Positions 28,451 to 40,900 of a DNA stretch of 64,000 bases are shown in pieces. Numbering within the stretch: position 1 is the first letter of the stretch; each line of letters opens with the position of its first letter. Below the pieces are notes generated by a model, which had not been told where the DNA came from, made no database searches, and saw nothing but the letters and a program-made list of their open reading frames with translations. Position numbers and translations under genes: made by a program. Source of the stretch: Haplodiscus bocki (lineage: Eukaryota); NCBI GenBank assembly GCA_965655095.1, contig OZ296656.1, positions 39,928,001-39,992,000 of the forward strand. Direction: 5' to 3'.

Positions 28451-28541
28451 GCAGAAGAAGCCCTGCAAGGAAGGGCATGAAAAATTGCCCCGCGAAAAAG
28501 TCCATGTAAATTATCGATGGGAGAGTGTTTAAGGGAGATGT

Positions 28542-28598
28542 CCCTGGGGAAGAACCCACCGTAAAAGCCCTGGGGAAGAACCCACCGTAAAAGCCCTG
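28542..28598 (+). repeat. Perfect single-monomer (26-bp) tandem duplication
   Basis: CCCTGGGGAAGAACCCACCGTAAAAG x2 plus CCCTG. Homologous sites (~18669, ~22626, ~26450) carry one copy. Confidence 0.9.
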
Positions 28599-30495
28599 CG
28601 AAAGTGCAAGCAGAAGCAGCCCTGCGAAAGAGGGCATGGAAAGAAGCCCCTACAAAAAAGCGCACGCACAAAGCCACTTCTGAAAAGTGCTCGGAAAAGA
28701 TCCCCATGAAGGAGCTCATAGAATTCTCCCCCGCAAAACAGTGCACGTTAAAAAGGCCCCGCAAAAAATTTCACAATAAAAGCACTTGTTGGAGAGCGCA
28801 CAACAAAATTTCTTACGAAAGTGCGAAGTTAAAAACCTGCTGCGAAAAAGACCACGGAAAAGCCTCCGCGAAAGACCGCACGGAAAAACGCCCCGCGAAG
28901 AAATGGAGGGAAAAAACGTCGGAGAGAACGCACCAAAAAATTTCCCGCGAGAGGGCGCACTGAAAATATCCGTGCGAAAAAAAGCATGGAAGATGCCCCC
29001 GTGAAGGAGCCAACGGTAAAAGCCTTGCGAAAGTTAATGCAGAAGAAGCCGTGCGAACAATGGGGCATGGAAAAAAGGCCCTGCAAAGCAGTGCCCGCAA
29101 AAAATCCACTGCAAGAAAGTGCACGCAATAGGCCCGCGTGAAAGAGCCCATGGAAGTTTTGCTGCCAAAAAAGCGCACGGGAAAGGAGCCCCCGGAATGA
29201 ATGCACTGAATATTAGCTGTGAACGAGCGCAGGAAAAGACCCTGAGAAAAGAGCCCAGATGAAAGTCTCCTGCAAAAACGGGCACAGAAAAAATCCCTGT
29301 GAAACGGCACACCGAAAAACGCCTTACAGAGGAGCGCAGATAAAGAGCTTCTACGAAAGAGCGCACCAAAACAGCCGCTCTTGAGAAAACCCACAATAAA
29401 AGCTTCTGTGAAGGAAGGCACAAAAGAAGCCCTTTCCAAGAGCGCAGGTTAAAACCTGCTGCAAGAAAGCACACGGAAAACCTCTGCGGAAGACAGGACG
29501 GAGAAAGCCACTGCTAACAAGCGAACTGAAGAGGACGCTATGAAGGAGCGCACTGAAAAAACACCGAAGAAAGAGCGCAACGAAAAATCTCCCGCACTGA
29601 AAGTAATCATTCAAAACAAAGAGCGGAAAAAAATCCGGGAGAATGCGCGCGCAGAAAAAGCCACTTCGAAAAAAAAAGCACGAAATGGCCGCCGCGACAG
29701 AGTGCTCATGAACGACTCCCCTAAAAAAGCTAATGGAAACTGTCCAAGCGAGATAGCTTGCGGCAGATATCCCGGGGAAAAAACCATGGTAAAAGCCCTG
29801 CAAAAGTTCATGCAGAAGAAGCCCCGCCAAAAAGGGCATGAAAAAAGCCGCCGCGAAGGAATCCAAGGAAATTGTCCATGCGAAGGAATTCACGTAAGAT
29901 GTCCCCGGGAGAGAGCCCAAGGTAAAAGCCCTGCGAGAGTGCATGCAAAGGAGGCCCTACGACAGAAGGCATGGAGAAAAGCCCCGCCAGAAAAGCCCAT
30001 GAAAATCCTCCGTGCCAAAGATTTCACCTAAGATGTCCCGGGAGAGAGCCCAATTTAAAGCGTTGTGAATATGCATGCAGAAGGGCCCTGTGAAAAAGGG
30101 AATGGAAAAGAAACGCACGGTAAAAGCCCTACAATAAAGCTCACGCAAAAGGCCACTGCGAAAAAACGCTTGGAAAAAAACCCCACGAAAACTTCATGGA
30201 GTTTTCCTCTGTGAAAGAGTGCAAGATAAAAAGGCCTCAAGAAAAAGCCCACGGAAAAAGGGCTTGTGATAAAGCGCACAATGGAAGCTCTTAGAAAAGA
30301 GCGAAGGCAAAAAGCTGCTGCGGCAAAACACACGGAAAGGCCTCTTCGAAGCACCCACGGAAAAAAGCACTATGAAAGAATGCAGGAAAACCCCGGAGAA
30401 AACGCACCGAAATGTCACCCGTGAGAGAAGACACTGAAAACGCCCCTGGAAAAGAGAGCACCGAAGATGCCATCGGGAAAGAGCCCACAGTAAAA

Positions 30496-31912
30496 GCCTT
30501 GCGAAAGTTAATGCAGAAGAAGCCCGGCGAACGAAGGAGGACGTGGAAAAAAGGTCCTGCGAATGAGTGCACGCAAAAAATAACTGCAAATAAGCGGACG
30601 GAAAAAGCTCGCGGGGATAAGCCCATGAATATTTACGCTGCGAAGGAAGGCATGAAAAAAAAGCTCGCTAAAAAGTCCATGGAAACTGTCCATGCGAACG
30701 ATGGCACAAAAGATGCCCCAGGAAAGAGCCAATGGAAGTCTCTCCTGCAAAAAGTGCGCGGTAGAAGAGCTTCGCGAAACAATGCACGGAAAAAATACCT
30801 TTGAAAGAGCGCACAAAAAAAAGCACAGACAAAGCGGCTCAGGTATAAAGCTGCTCCGATGGAGCGCACGGAAAAAGCTATGCGAAAGACTACGTGGACC
30901 AAACCACTGCTAAAGAGCGCACTCAAAAAGCCCGTACCAGAGACCGCACCGAGAAATCCCCCGCAAGAAAGAGCACTGAAATTAATCCTGCAAAAAAATA
31001 CACGGAAAAAATCCCAGCGAGTGAGCGCACAGAAAAAGTCACTTCTAATTAAAGGCACGGAGCAAACCGCCGCAAAAGAAAGCTCTCAAAAAGCTACTGC
31101 TGAAAAGCGCACAGAATAAGCCCCAGCGAAAAAACCCTTGGAAACCATGCATGCCAAAAAGTTCGCGGAAGATAACCCAAAGAATGACCCCACGGTGAAA
31201 GCCTTGCGAAAGTTAATGCAGAAGAAGCCCGGCGAACGAAGGAGGACGTGGAAAAAAGGTCCTGCGAATGAGTGCACGCAAAAAATAACTGCAAATAAGC
31301 GCACGGAAAAAGCTCGCGAGGATAAGCCCATGAATATTTACGCTGCGAAGGAAGGCATGAGAAAAAAGCTCGCTAAAAAGTCCATGGAAACTGTCCATGC
31401 GAACGATGGCACGAAAGATGCCCCAGGAAAGAGCCAATGGAAGTCTCTCCTGCAAAAAGTGCGCGGTAGAAGAGCTTCGCGAAACAATGCACGGAAAAAA
31501 TACCTTTGAAAGAGCGCACAAAAAAAGCCCAGACAAAGCGGCTCAGGTGACAAGCTGCTCCGATGGAGCGCACGGAAAAAGCGAAAAAGCTATGCGAAAG
31601 ACTACGTGGACCAAGCCACTGCTAAAGAGCGCACTCAAAAAGCCCGTACCAGAGACCGCACCGAGAAAACCCCCGCAAGAAAGAGCACTGAAATTAATCC
31701 TGCAAAAAAATACACGCAAAAAAATCCCAGCGAGTGAGCGCACAGAAAAAGTCACTTCTAATTAAAGGCACGGAGCAAACCGCCGCAAAAGAAAGCTCTC
31801 AAAAAGCTACTGCTGAAAAGCGCACAGAATAAGCCCCGGCGAAAAAACCCTTGGAAACCATGCATGCCAAAATTTCGCGGAAGATAACCCAAGGAATGAC
31901 CCCACGGTGAAA
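30496..31912 (+). repeat. 705-bp tandem duplication at the left edge of the 1.97-kb array
   Basis: GCCTTGCGAAAGTTAATGCAGAAGAAGCCCGGCGAACGAAGGAGGACGTGG occurs at 30496 and 31201. ORF pairs 30508/31213 and 30692/31397 are offset by 705. Confidence 0.9.
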
Positions 31913-34900
31913 GCCTTGGGAGAGTGCCTGCAGAGGCGACCCTGCAAAGGAGGGAAAAGAAGAAGGCTCCGCGAGGAAACCCATAGAACTCATCCATGCG
32001 AAAGAGTTTATGTAAGATGTAAGATGTCCGCGGGAGAGAGCCCTCGATAAAAGCCCTGCAAAAAAGCATGCAGAAGAAGCCGTGCAGAAGAGCGCACTCG
32101 AAAAGCCCCTACCAAAGAGCGCAAGGAACAATTCCACGGTAAACAGCCGCAGATAAAGCACATGTGATACATCGCACAGAAGAGGCCCTTACAGAAGAAT
32201 GCAGATAAAGAACTTTTAAATAAGAACACACTAAAACAGCCCTCTTGAAGAAATCAGCGGAAGAAGCATTTGTGGTAGGGCGCCCAAGAAAGTCTTACAA
32301 AGGCGAATGCAAAAAGTCCACGCCAAATAGCGCACCGAACAACCCCCCCCCGCAAAAAAGACCACAGAAAAAGCACCTGTGATATAAAGCACAAAAAAAG
32401 CCCTTAAAAAGAGCGCCGATGAAAAACTGCTGCAAGAAAGCACACGGAAAACCTCTGCGTAAGCCGGGACGGAAAAAACCACTGCTAACGAGGGAACTGG
32501 AAAAGGCGCAATGAGAGAGCGCACTGAAAAAACCCAAGAAAAAAGCACATCGATATATCCCCCGCAAGAAGGCGCATTGAAATTAATCATTCGAAAGAGT
32601 GCAAGGAGAGAATCCGACTGAACGAGCGCGCAGAGAAAACTACTGCGAAAATAAAGCAAGGAGGAAGTTGGTGCGAAAGAGTGCTCGCGAATAGCCACTG
32701 CGACAGAACTCATGGAATTCGTCCATGCGAGAGAGTTTACGGTTGATGTCCACGGGAAAGAGCGCACGGCAAAAACCCTGCGAAAGTACATACAGATGAA
32801 GCCCTGCGAAAGAAGGCATAGAAAAAAGCCCTTGGAAAAAAGCGCACAGAAAAAACCCCCACGAAAGAGCTCATGGAACTCTCCCTTATTGAAGAAGTGC
32901 TTGATAAAAAAAGCCATGCCAGGAATCCCACGGAAAAAGCACCTGTGAAGGAGCGCACGACAAAGCCTCTAAGAAAAAAGCGCAACTAACCAGTCGCTGC
33001 AAAAAAGTGCTAGGAAAACCCTCTGCAAAAAACGCACAGAAAAAACCTTAGGAAAGAATACAAGGAGAAAACGCCGGAGAGAACGCACCAAAAAGTCGCC
33101 CGTGAGAGAGCTCACTCAAAACGCCCCTGCAAAAGAGAGCACGGAAGATACCATCGGGAAAAAACCCACGGTAAAAGCCTTGCGAAACTTAATGCAGAAG
33201 ATGCCCTGCGAACGAAAGAGGACGTTGATAAAAGGTCCTGCGAATGAGTGCACGCAAAAAATCACTGCAAAGAAGCGCACGGAAAAGGCTCCCGGGGATA
33301 ATCCCATGAATATCTGCGCTGCGAATAAAGGCATGGAAAAAGCCCGCTAAAGAGTCCATGGAAACTGTCCATGCGAAAGATGGCACGAAAGATGCCCCAA
33401 GAAAGAGCCAATGGAAGTCTCTCCTGCAAAAAAGTGCGCGGTAAAGGAGCTTCGCGAAAGAATGCACGGAAGAAATACCTTTGAAAGAGCGCAAAAAAAG
33501 CCCAGACAAAGCGGCTTAGGTAAAAAGCTGCTCCGATGGATCGCACGGAAAAAGCTATGCGAAAGACTACGTGGACCAAGCCACTGCTAAAGAGCGCAAT
33601 CAAAACGCCCCTACCAGAGACCGCACCGAGAAATCCCCCGCAAGAAAGAGCACTGAAATTAATCCTGCAAAAAAATACACGGAAAAAATCCCAGCGAGTG
33701 AGCGCACAGAAAAAGTCACTTCCAATTAAAGGCACGGAGCAAACCGCCGCAAAAGAAAGCTCTCAAAAAGCCACTGCTAAAAAGCGCACAGAATAAGCCC
33801 TCGCGAAAAAACCCTTGGAAACCATGCATGCCAAAAAGTTCGCGGAAGATAACCCAGGGAAGGAGCCCATGGTGAAAGCCTTGGGAGAGTGCCTGCAGAG
33901 GAGACCCTGTAGAAGAGGGAAAAGAAGATGGCCCCGCGAAGAAACCCATGGAACTCATCCATGCGAAAGAGTTCATGTACGATGTAAGATGTCCGCGGGA
34001 GAGAGCCCTCGACAAAAGCCTTGCAAAAAAGCATGCAGAAGAAGCCGTGCAGAAGAGCGCACTCAAAAAGCCCCTACCAAAGAGCGCAAGGAATAATTCC
34101 ACGGTAAACAGCCGCAGATAAAGCACATGTGATACATCGCACAGAAAAGGCCCTTACAGAAGATTGCTGATAAAGAACTTTTGAAAAAGAACACACTAAA
34201 ACAGCCCTCTTGAAAAAATCAACGGAAGAAGCATTTGTGTTAGGGCGCCCAAGAAAGTCTTTCACAAAGGCGAATGCAAAAAGTCCACGCGAAATAGCGC
34301 ACCGAACAACCCCCTCCCCCCCCCCCCCGCAAAAAAGACCACAGAAAAAGCACCTGTGACATAAAGCACAAAAAAAGCCCTTACAAAGAGCGCCGATGAA
34401 AAGTTGCTGCAAGAAAGCACACGGAAGACCTCTGCGTAAGACGGGACGGAAAAAACCACTGCTAACGAGGGAACTGGAAAAGGCGATATGAGAGAGCGCA
34501 CTGGAAAAACCCAAGACAAAAGCACACCGATATATCCCCCGCAAGAAGGCGCATTGAAATTAATCATTCGAAAGAGTGCAAGGAGAGAATCCGACTGAAC
34601 GAGCGCGCAGGAAAAACTACTGCGAAAATAAAGCACGGAGGAAGTTGTTGCGAAAGAGTGCTCACGAATAGCCACTGCGAAAGAATTCATGGAAGTCGTC
34701 CATGCGAGAGAGCTTACGGCTGATGTCCACGGGAAAGAGCGCACGTCAAAAACCCTGCGAAAGTGCATACAGATGAAGCCCTGCGAAAGAGGGCATAGAA
34801 AAAAGCCCTTGGAAAATAGCGCACAGAAAAAAAACCCACGAAAGAACTCATGGAACTCTCCCTTATTGAAAAAGTCCTTGATAAAAAAGCCATGCAAAAA

Positions 34901-37900
34901 AGCCCACGGAGAAAGCACCTGTGAAAGAGCGCACGACAAAGCCTCTAAGAAAAAAGCGCAACTAACCAGCCGCTGCAAAAAAGTGCTAGGAGGACCCTCT
35001 GCAAAAAACGCACGGAAAAAACCCTTAGGAAATAATACAAGGAGAAAACGCCGGAGAGAACGCACCGAAAAGTCGTTCTTGAGAGAGCGCACCGAAAAGA
35101 CCCCTGCAAAAGAGAGCACGGAAGATGCCCCCGTGAAAGAGCCCACGGTAGAAGCCTTGCGAAAGATAATGCAGAAGAAGCCCGGCGAACAAAAGAGGAC
35201 GTGGAAAAAACGTCCTGCGAATGATTGCACGCAAAAAATAACTGCAAATAAGCGCACGGAAAAGGCTAAGGGGGATAAGCCCATGAATATTTACGCTGCG
35301 AAAGAAGGCATGAAAAAAAGCCCGCTAAAGAGTCCATGGAAACTGTCCATGCGAACGATGGCACGAAAGATGCCCCAGGAAAGAGCCAATGGAAGACTCT
35401 CCTGCAAAAAGTGCGCGGTAGAAGAGCTTCGCGAAACAATGCACGGAAAAAATACCTTTGAAAGAGCGCACAAAAAAAAGCACAGACAAAGCGGCTCAGG
35501 TATAAAGCTGCTCCGATGGAGCGCACGGAAAAAGCTATGCGAAAGACTACGTGGACCAAACCACTGCTAAAGAGCGCACTCAAAAAGCCCGTACCAGAGA
35601 CCGCACCGAGAAATCCCCCGCAAGAAAGGAAAAAGCACTGAAATTAATCCTGCAAAAAAAACACGGAAAAAATTCCAGCGAGTGAGCGCACAGAAAAAGT
35701 CACTTCTAAATAAAGGCACGGAGCTAACCGCCGCAAAAGAAAGCTCTCAAAAAGCCACTGCTAAAAAGCGCACAGAATAAGCCCTCGCGAAAAAACCCTT
35801 GGAAACCATGCATGCCAAAAGGTTCGCAGAAGATAACCTAGGGAAGGAGCCCACGATGAAAGCCTTGGGAGAGTGCCTGCAGAGGAGACCCTGCAAAAGA
35901 GGGAAAAGAAGAAGGCCCCGCGAAGAAACCCATAGAACTCATCCATGCGAAAGAGTTTATGTAAGATGTAAGATGTCCGCGGGAGAGAGCCCTCGATAAA
36001 AGCCCTGCAAAAAAGCATGCAGAAGAAGCCGTGCAGAAGAGCGCACTCGAAAAGCCCCTACCAAAGAGCGCAAGGAACAATTCCACGGTAAACAGCCGCA
36101 GATAAAGCACATGTGATACATCGCACAGAAGAGGCCCTTACAGAAGAATGCAGATAAAGAACTTTTAAATAAGAACACACTAAAACAGCCCTCTTGAAGA
36201 AATCAGCGGAAGAAGCATTTGTGGTAGGGCGCCCAAGAAAGTCTTACAAAGGCGAATGCAAAAAGTCCACGCCAAATAGCGCACCGAACAACCCCCCCCC
36301 CCGCAAAAAAGACCACAGAAAAAGCACCTGTGATATAAAGCACAAAAAAAGCCCTTAAAAAGAGCGCCGATGAAAAACTGCTGCAAGAAAGCACACGGAA
36401 AACCTCTGCGTAAGCCGGGACGGAAAAAACCACTGCTAACGAGGGAACTGGAAAAGGCGCAATGAGAGAGCGCACTGAAAAAACCCAAGAAAAAAGCACA
36501 TCGATATATCCCCCGCAAGAAGGCGCATTGAAATTAATCATTCGAAAGAGTGCAAGGAGAGAATCCGACTGAACGAGCGCGCAGAGAAAACTACTGCGAA
36601 AATAAAGCAAGGAGGAAGTTGGTGCGAAAGAGTGCTCGCGAATAGCCACTGCGACAGAACTCATGGAATTCGTCCATGCGAGAGAGTTTACGGTTGATGT
36701 CCACGGGAAAGAGCGCACGGCAAAAACCCTGCGAAAGTACATACAGATGAAGCCCTGCGAAAGAAGGCATAGAAAAAAGCCCTTGGAAAAAAGCGCACAG
36801 AAAAAACCCCCACGAAAGAGCTCATGGAACTCTCCCTTATTGAAGAAGTGCTTGATAAAAAAAGCCATGCCAGGAATCCCACGGAAAAAGCACCTGTGAA
36901 GGAGCGCACGACAAAGCCTCTAAGAAAAAAGCGCAACTAACCAGTCGCTGCAAAAAAGTGCTAGGAAAACCCTCTGCAAAAAACGCACAGAAAAAACCTT
37001 AGGAAAGAATACAAGGAGAAAACGCCGGAGAGAACGCACCAAAAAGTCGCCCGTGAGAGAGCTCACTCAAAACGCCCCTGCAAAAGAGAGCACGGAAGAT
37101 ACCATCGGGAAAAAACCCACGGTAAAAGCCTTGCGAAACTTAATGCAGAAGATGCCCTGCGAACGAAAGAGGACGTTGATAAAAGGTCCTGCGAATGAGT
37201 GCACGCAAAAAATCACTGCAAAGAAGCGCACGGAAAAGGCTCCCGGGGATAATCCCATGAATATCTGCGCTGCGAATAAAGGCATGGAAAAAGCCCGCTA
37301 AAGAGTCCATGGAAACTGTCCATGCGAAAGATGGCACGAAAGATGCCCCAAGAAAGAGCCAATGGAAGTCTCTCCTGCAAAAAAGTGCGCGGTAAAGGAG
37401 CTTCGCGAAAGAATGCACGGAAGAAATACCTTTGAAAGAGCGCAAAAAAAGCCCAGACAAAGCGGCTTAGGTAAAAAGCTGCTCCGATGGATCGCACGGA
37501 AAAAGCTATGCGAAAGACTACGTGGACCAAGCCACTGCTAAAGAGCGCAATCAAAACGCCCCTACCAGAGACCGCACCGAGAAATCCCCCGCAAGAAAGA
37601 GCACTGAAATTAATCCTGCAAAAAAATACACGGAAAAAATCCCAGCGAGTGAGCGCAGAGAAAAAGTCACTTCCAATTAAAGGCACGGAGCAAACCGCCG
37701 CAAAAGAAAGCTCTCAAAAAGCCACTGCTAAAAAGCGCACAGAATAAGCCCTCGCGAAAAAACCCTTGGAAACCATGCATGCCAAAAAGTTCGCGGAAGA
37801 TAACCCAGGGAAGGAGCCCACGGTGAAAGCCTTGGGAGAGTGCCTGCAGAGGAGACCCTGTAGAAGAGGGAAAAGAAGATGGCCCCGCGAAGAAACCCAT

Positions 37901-40900
37901 GGAACTCATCCATGCGAAAGAGTTCATGTACGATGTAAGATGTCCGCGGGAGAGAGCCCTCGACAAAAGCCTTGCAAAAAAGCATGCAGAAGAAGCCGTG
38001 CAGAAGAGCGCACTCAAAAAGCCCCTACCAAAGAGCGCAAGGAATAATTCCACGGTAAACAGCCGCAGATAAAGCACATGTGATACATCGCACAGAAAAG
38101 GCCCTTACAGAAGATTGCTGATAAAGAACTTTTGAAAAAGAACACACTAAAACAGCCCTCTTGAAAAAATCAACGGAAGAAGCATTTGTGTTAGGGCGCC
38201 CAAGAAAGTCTTACAAAGGCGAATGCAAAAAGTCCACGCCAAATAGCGCACCGAACAACCCCCCCCCCCCGCAAAAAAGACCACAGAAAAAGCACCTGTG
38301 ATATAAAGCACAAAAAAAGCCCTTACAAAGAGCGCCGATGAAAAACACTGCTGCAAGAAAGCACACGGAAAACCTCTGCGTAGGACGGGACGGAAAAAAC
38401 CACTGCTAACGAGGGAACTGCAAAAGGCGCTATGAGAGAGCGCACTGGAAAACCCAAGAAAAAAGCACACCGATATATCCCCCGCAAGAAGGCGCATTGA
38501 AAATAATCATGCGAAAGAGTGCAAGGAGAGAATCCGACTGAACGAGCGCGCAGAAAAAACTACTGCGAAAATAAAGCACGGAGGAAGTTGGTGCCAAAGA
38601 GTGCTCGCGAATAGCCACTGCGAAAGAACTCATGGAAGTCGTCCATGCGAGAGAGTTTACGGTTGATGTCCACGGGAAAGAGCGCACGTCAAAAACCCTG
38701 CGAAAGTGCATACAGATGAAGCCCTGCGAAAGAGGGCATAGAAAAAAGCCCTTGGAAAAAAGCGCACAGAAAAAAAACCCACGAAAGAACTCATGGAACT
38801 CTCCCTTATTGAAAAAGTCCTTGATAAAAAAGCCATGCAAAAAAGCCCACGGAGAAAGCACCTGTGAAAGAGCGCACGACAAAGCCTCTAAGAAAAAAGC
38901 GCAACTAACCAGCCGCTGCAAAAAAGTGCTAGGAGGACCCTCTGCAAAAAACGCACGGAAAAAACCCTTAGGAAATAATACAAGGAGAAAACGCCGGAGA
39001 GAACGCACCGAAAAGTCGTTCTTGAGAGAGCGCACCGAAAAGACCCCTGCAAAAGAGAGCACGGAAGATGCCCCCGTGAAAGAGCCCACGGTAGAAGCCT
39101 TGCGAAAGATAATGCAGAAGAAGCCCGGCGAACAAAGGAGGACGTGGAAAAAACGTCCTGCGAATGATTGCACGCAAAAAATAACTGCAAATAAGCGCAC
39201 GGAAAAGGCTAAGGGGGATAAGCCCATGAATATTTACGCTGCGAAAGAAGGCATGAAAAAAAGCCCGCTAAAGAGTCCATGGAAACTGTCCATGCGAACG
39301 ATGGCACGAAAGATGCCCCAGGAAAGAGCCAATGGAAGACTCTCCTGCAAAAAGTGCGCGGTAGAAGAGCTTCGCGAAACAATGCACGGAAAAAATACCT
39401 TTGAAAGAGCGCACAAAAAAAAGCACAGACAAAGCGGCTCAGGTATAAAGCTGCTCCGATGGAGCGCACGGAAAAAGCTATGCGAAAGACTACGTGGACC
39501 AAACCACTGCTAAAGAGCGCACTCAAAAAGCCCGTACCAGAGACCGCACCGAGAAATCCCCCGCAAGAAAGGAAAAAGCACTGAAATTAATCCTGCAAAA
39601 AAAACACGGAAAAAATTCCAGCGAGTGAGCGCACAGAAAAAGTCACTTCTAAATAAAGGCACGGAGCTAACCGCCGCAAAAGAAAGCTCTCAAAAAGCCA
39701 CTGCTAAAAAGCGCACAGAATAAGCCCTCGCGAAAAAACCCTTGGAAACCATGCATGCCAAAAGGTTCGCAGAAGATAACCTAGGGAAGGAGCCCACGAT
39801 GAAAGCCTTGGGAGAGTGCCTGCAGAGGAGACCCTGCAAAAGAGGGAAAAGAAGAAGGCCCCGCGAAGAAACCCATGGAACTCATCCATGCGAAAGAGTT
39901 TATGTAAGATGTAAGATGTCCGCGGGAGAGAGCCCTCGATAAAAGCCCTGCAAAAAAGCATGCAGAAGAAGCCGTGCAGAAGAGCGCACTCGAACAGCCC
40001 CTACCAAAGAGCGCAAGGAACAATTCCACGGTAAACAGCCGCAGATAAAGCACATGTGATACATCGCACAGAAAAGGCCCTTACAGAAGAATGCAGATAA
40101 AGAACTTTTAAATAAGAACACACTAAAACAGCCCTCTTGAAGAAATCAGCGGAAGAAGCATTTGTGGTAGGGCGCCCAAGAAAGTCTTACAAAGGCGAAT
40201 GCAAAAAGTCCACGCCAAATAGCGCACCGAACAACCCCCCCCGCAAAAAAGACCACAGAAAAAGCACCTGTGATATAAAGCACAAAAAAAGCCCTTACAA
40301 AGAGCGCCGATGAAAAACTGCTGCAAGAAAGCACACGGAAAACCTCTGCGTAAGATGGGACGGAAAAAACCACTGCTAACGAGGGAACTGGAAAAGGCGC
40401 TATGAGAGAGCGCACTGGAAAACCCAAGAAAAAAGCACACCGATATATCCCCCGCAAGAAGGCGCATTGAAATTAATCATTCGAAAGAGTGCAAGGAGAG
40501 AATCCGACTGAACGAGCGCGGAGAGAAAACTACTGCGAAAATAAAGCAAGGAGGAAGTTGGTGCGAAAGAGTGCTCGCGAATAGCCACTGCGACAGAACT
40601 CATGGAATTCGTCCATGCGAGAGAGTTTACGGTTGATGTCCACGGGAAAGAGCGCACGGCAAAAACCCTGCGAAAGTACATACAGATGAAGCCCTGCGAA
40701 AGAAGGCATAGAAAAAAGCCCTTGGAAAAAAGCGCACAGAAAAAACCCCCACGAAAGAGCTCATGGAACTCTCCCTTATTGAAGAAGTGCTTGATAAAAA
40801 AAGCCATGCCAGGAATCCCACGGAAAAAGCACCTGTGAAGGAGCGCACGACAAAGCCTCTAAGAAAAAAGCGCAACTAACCAGTCGCTGCAAAAAAGTGC

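Noticed and set aside
38632-39513. Lys/Arg-rich plus-strand ORFs resembling protamine or histone H1-like proteins
   Set aside because: Their composition follows from the A-rich strand. The frame shifts relative to the monomer, and equivalent units (42577, 44544) stop after 86 aa.
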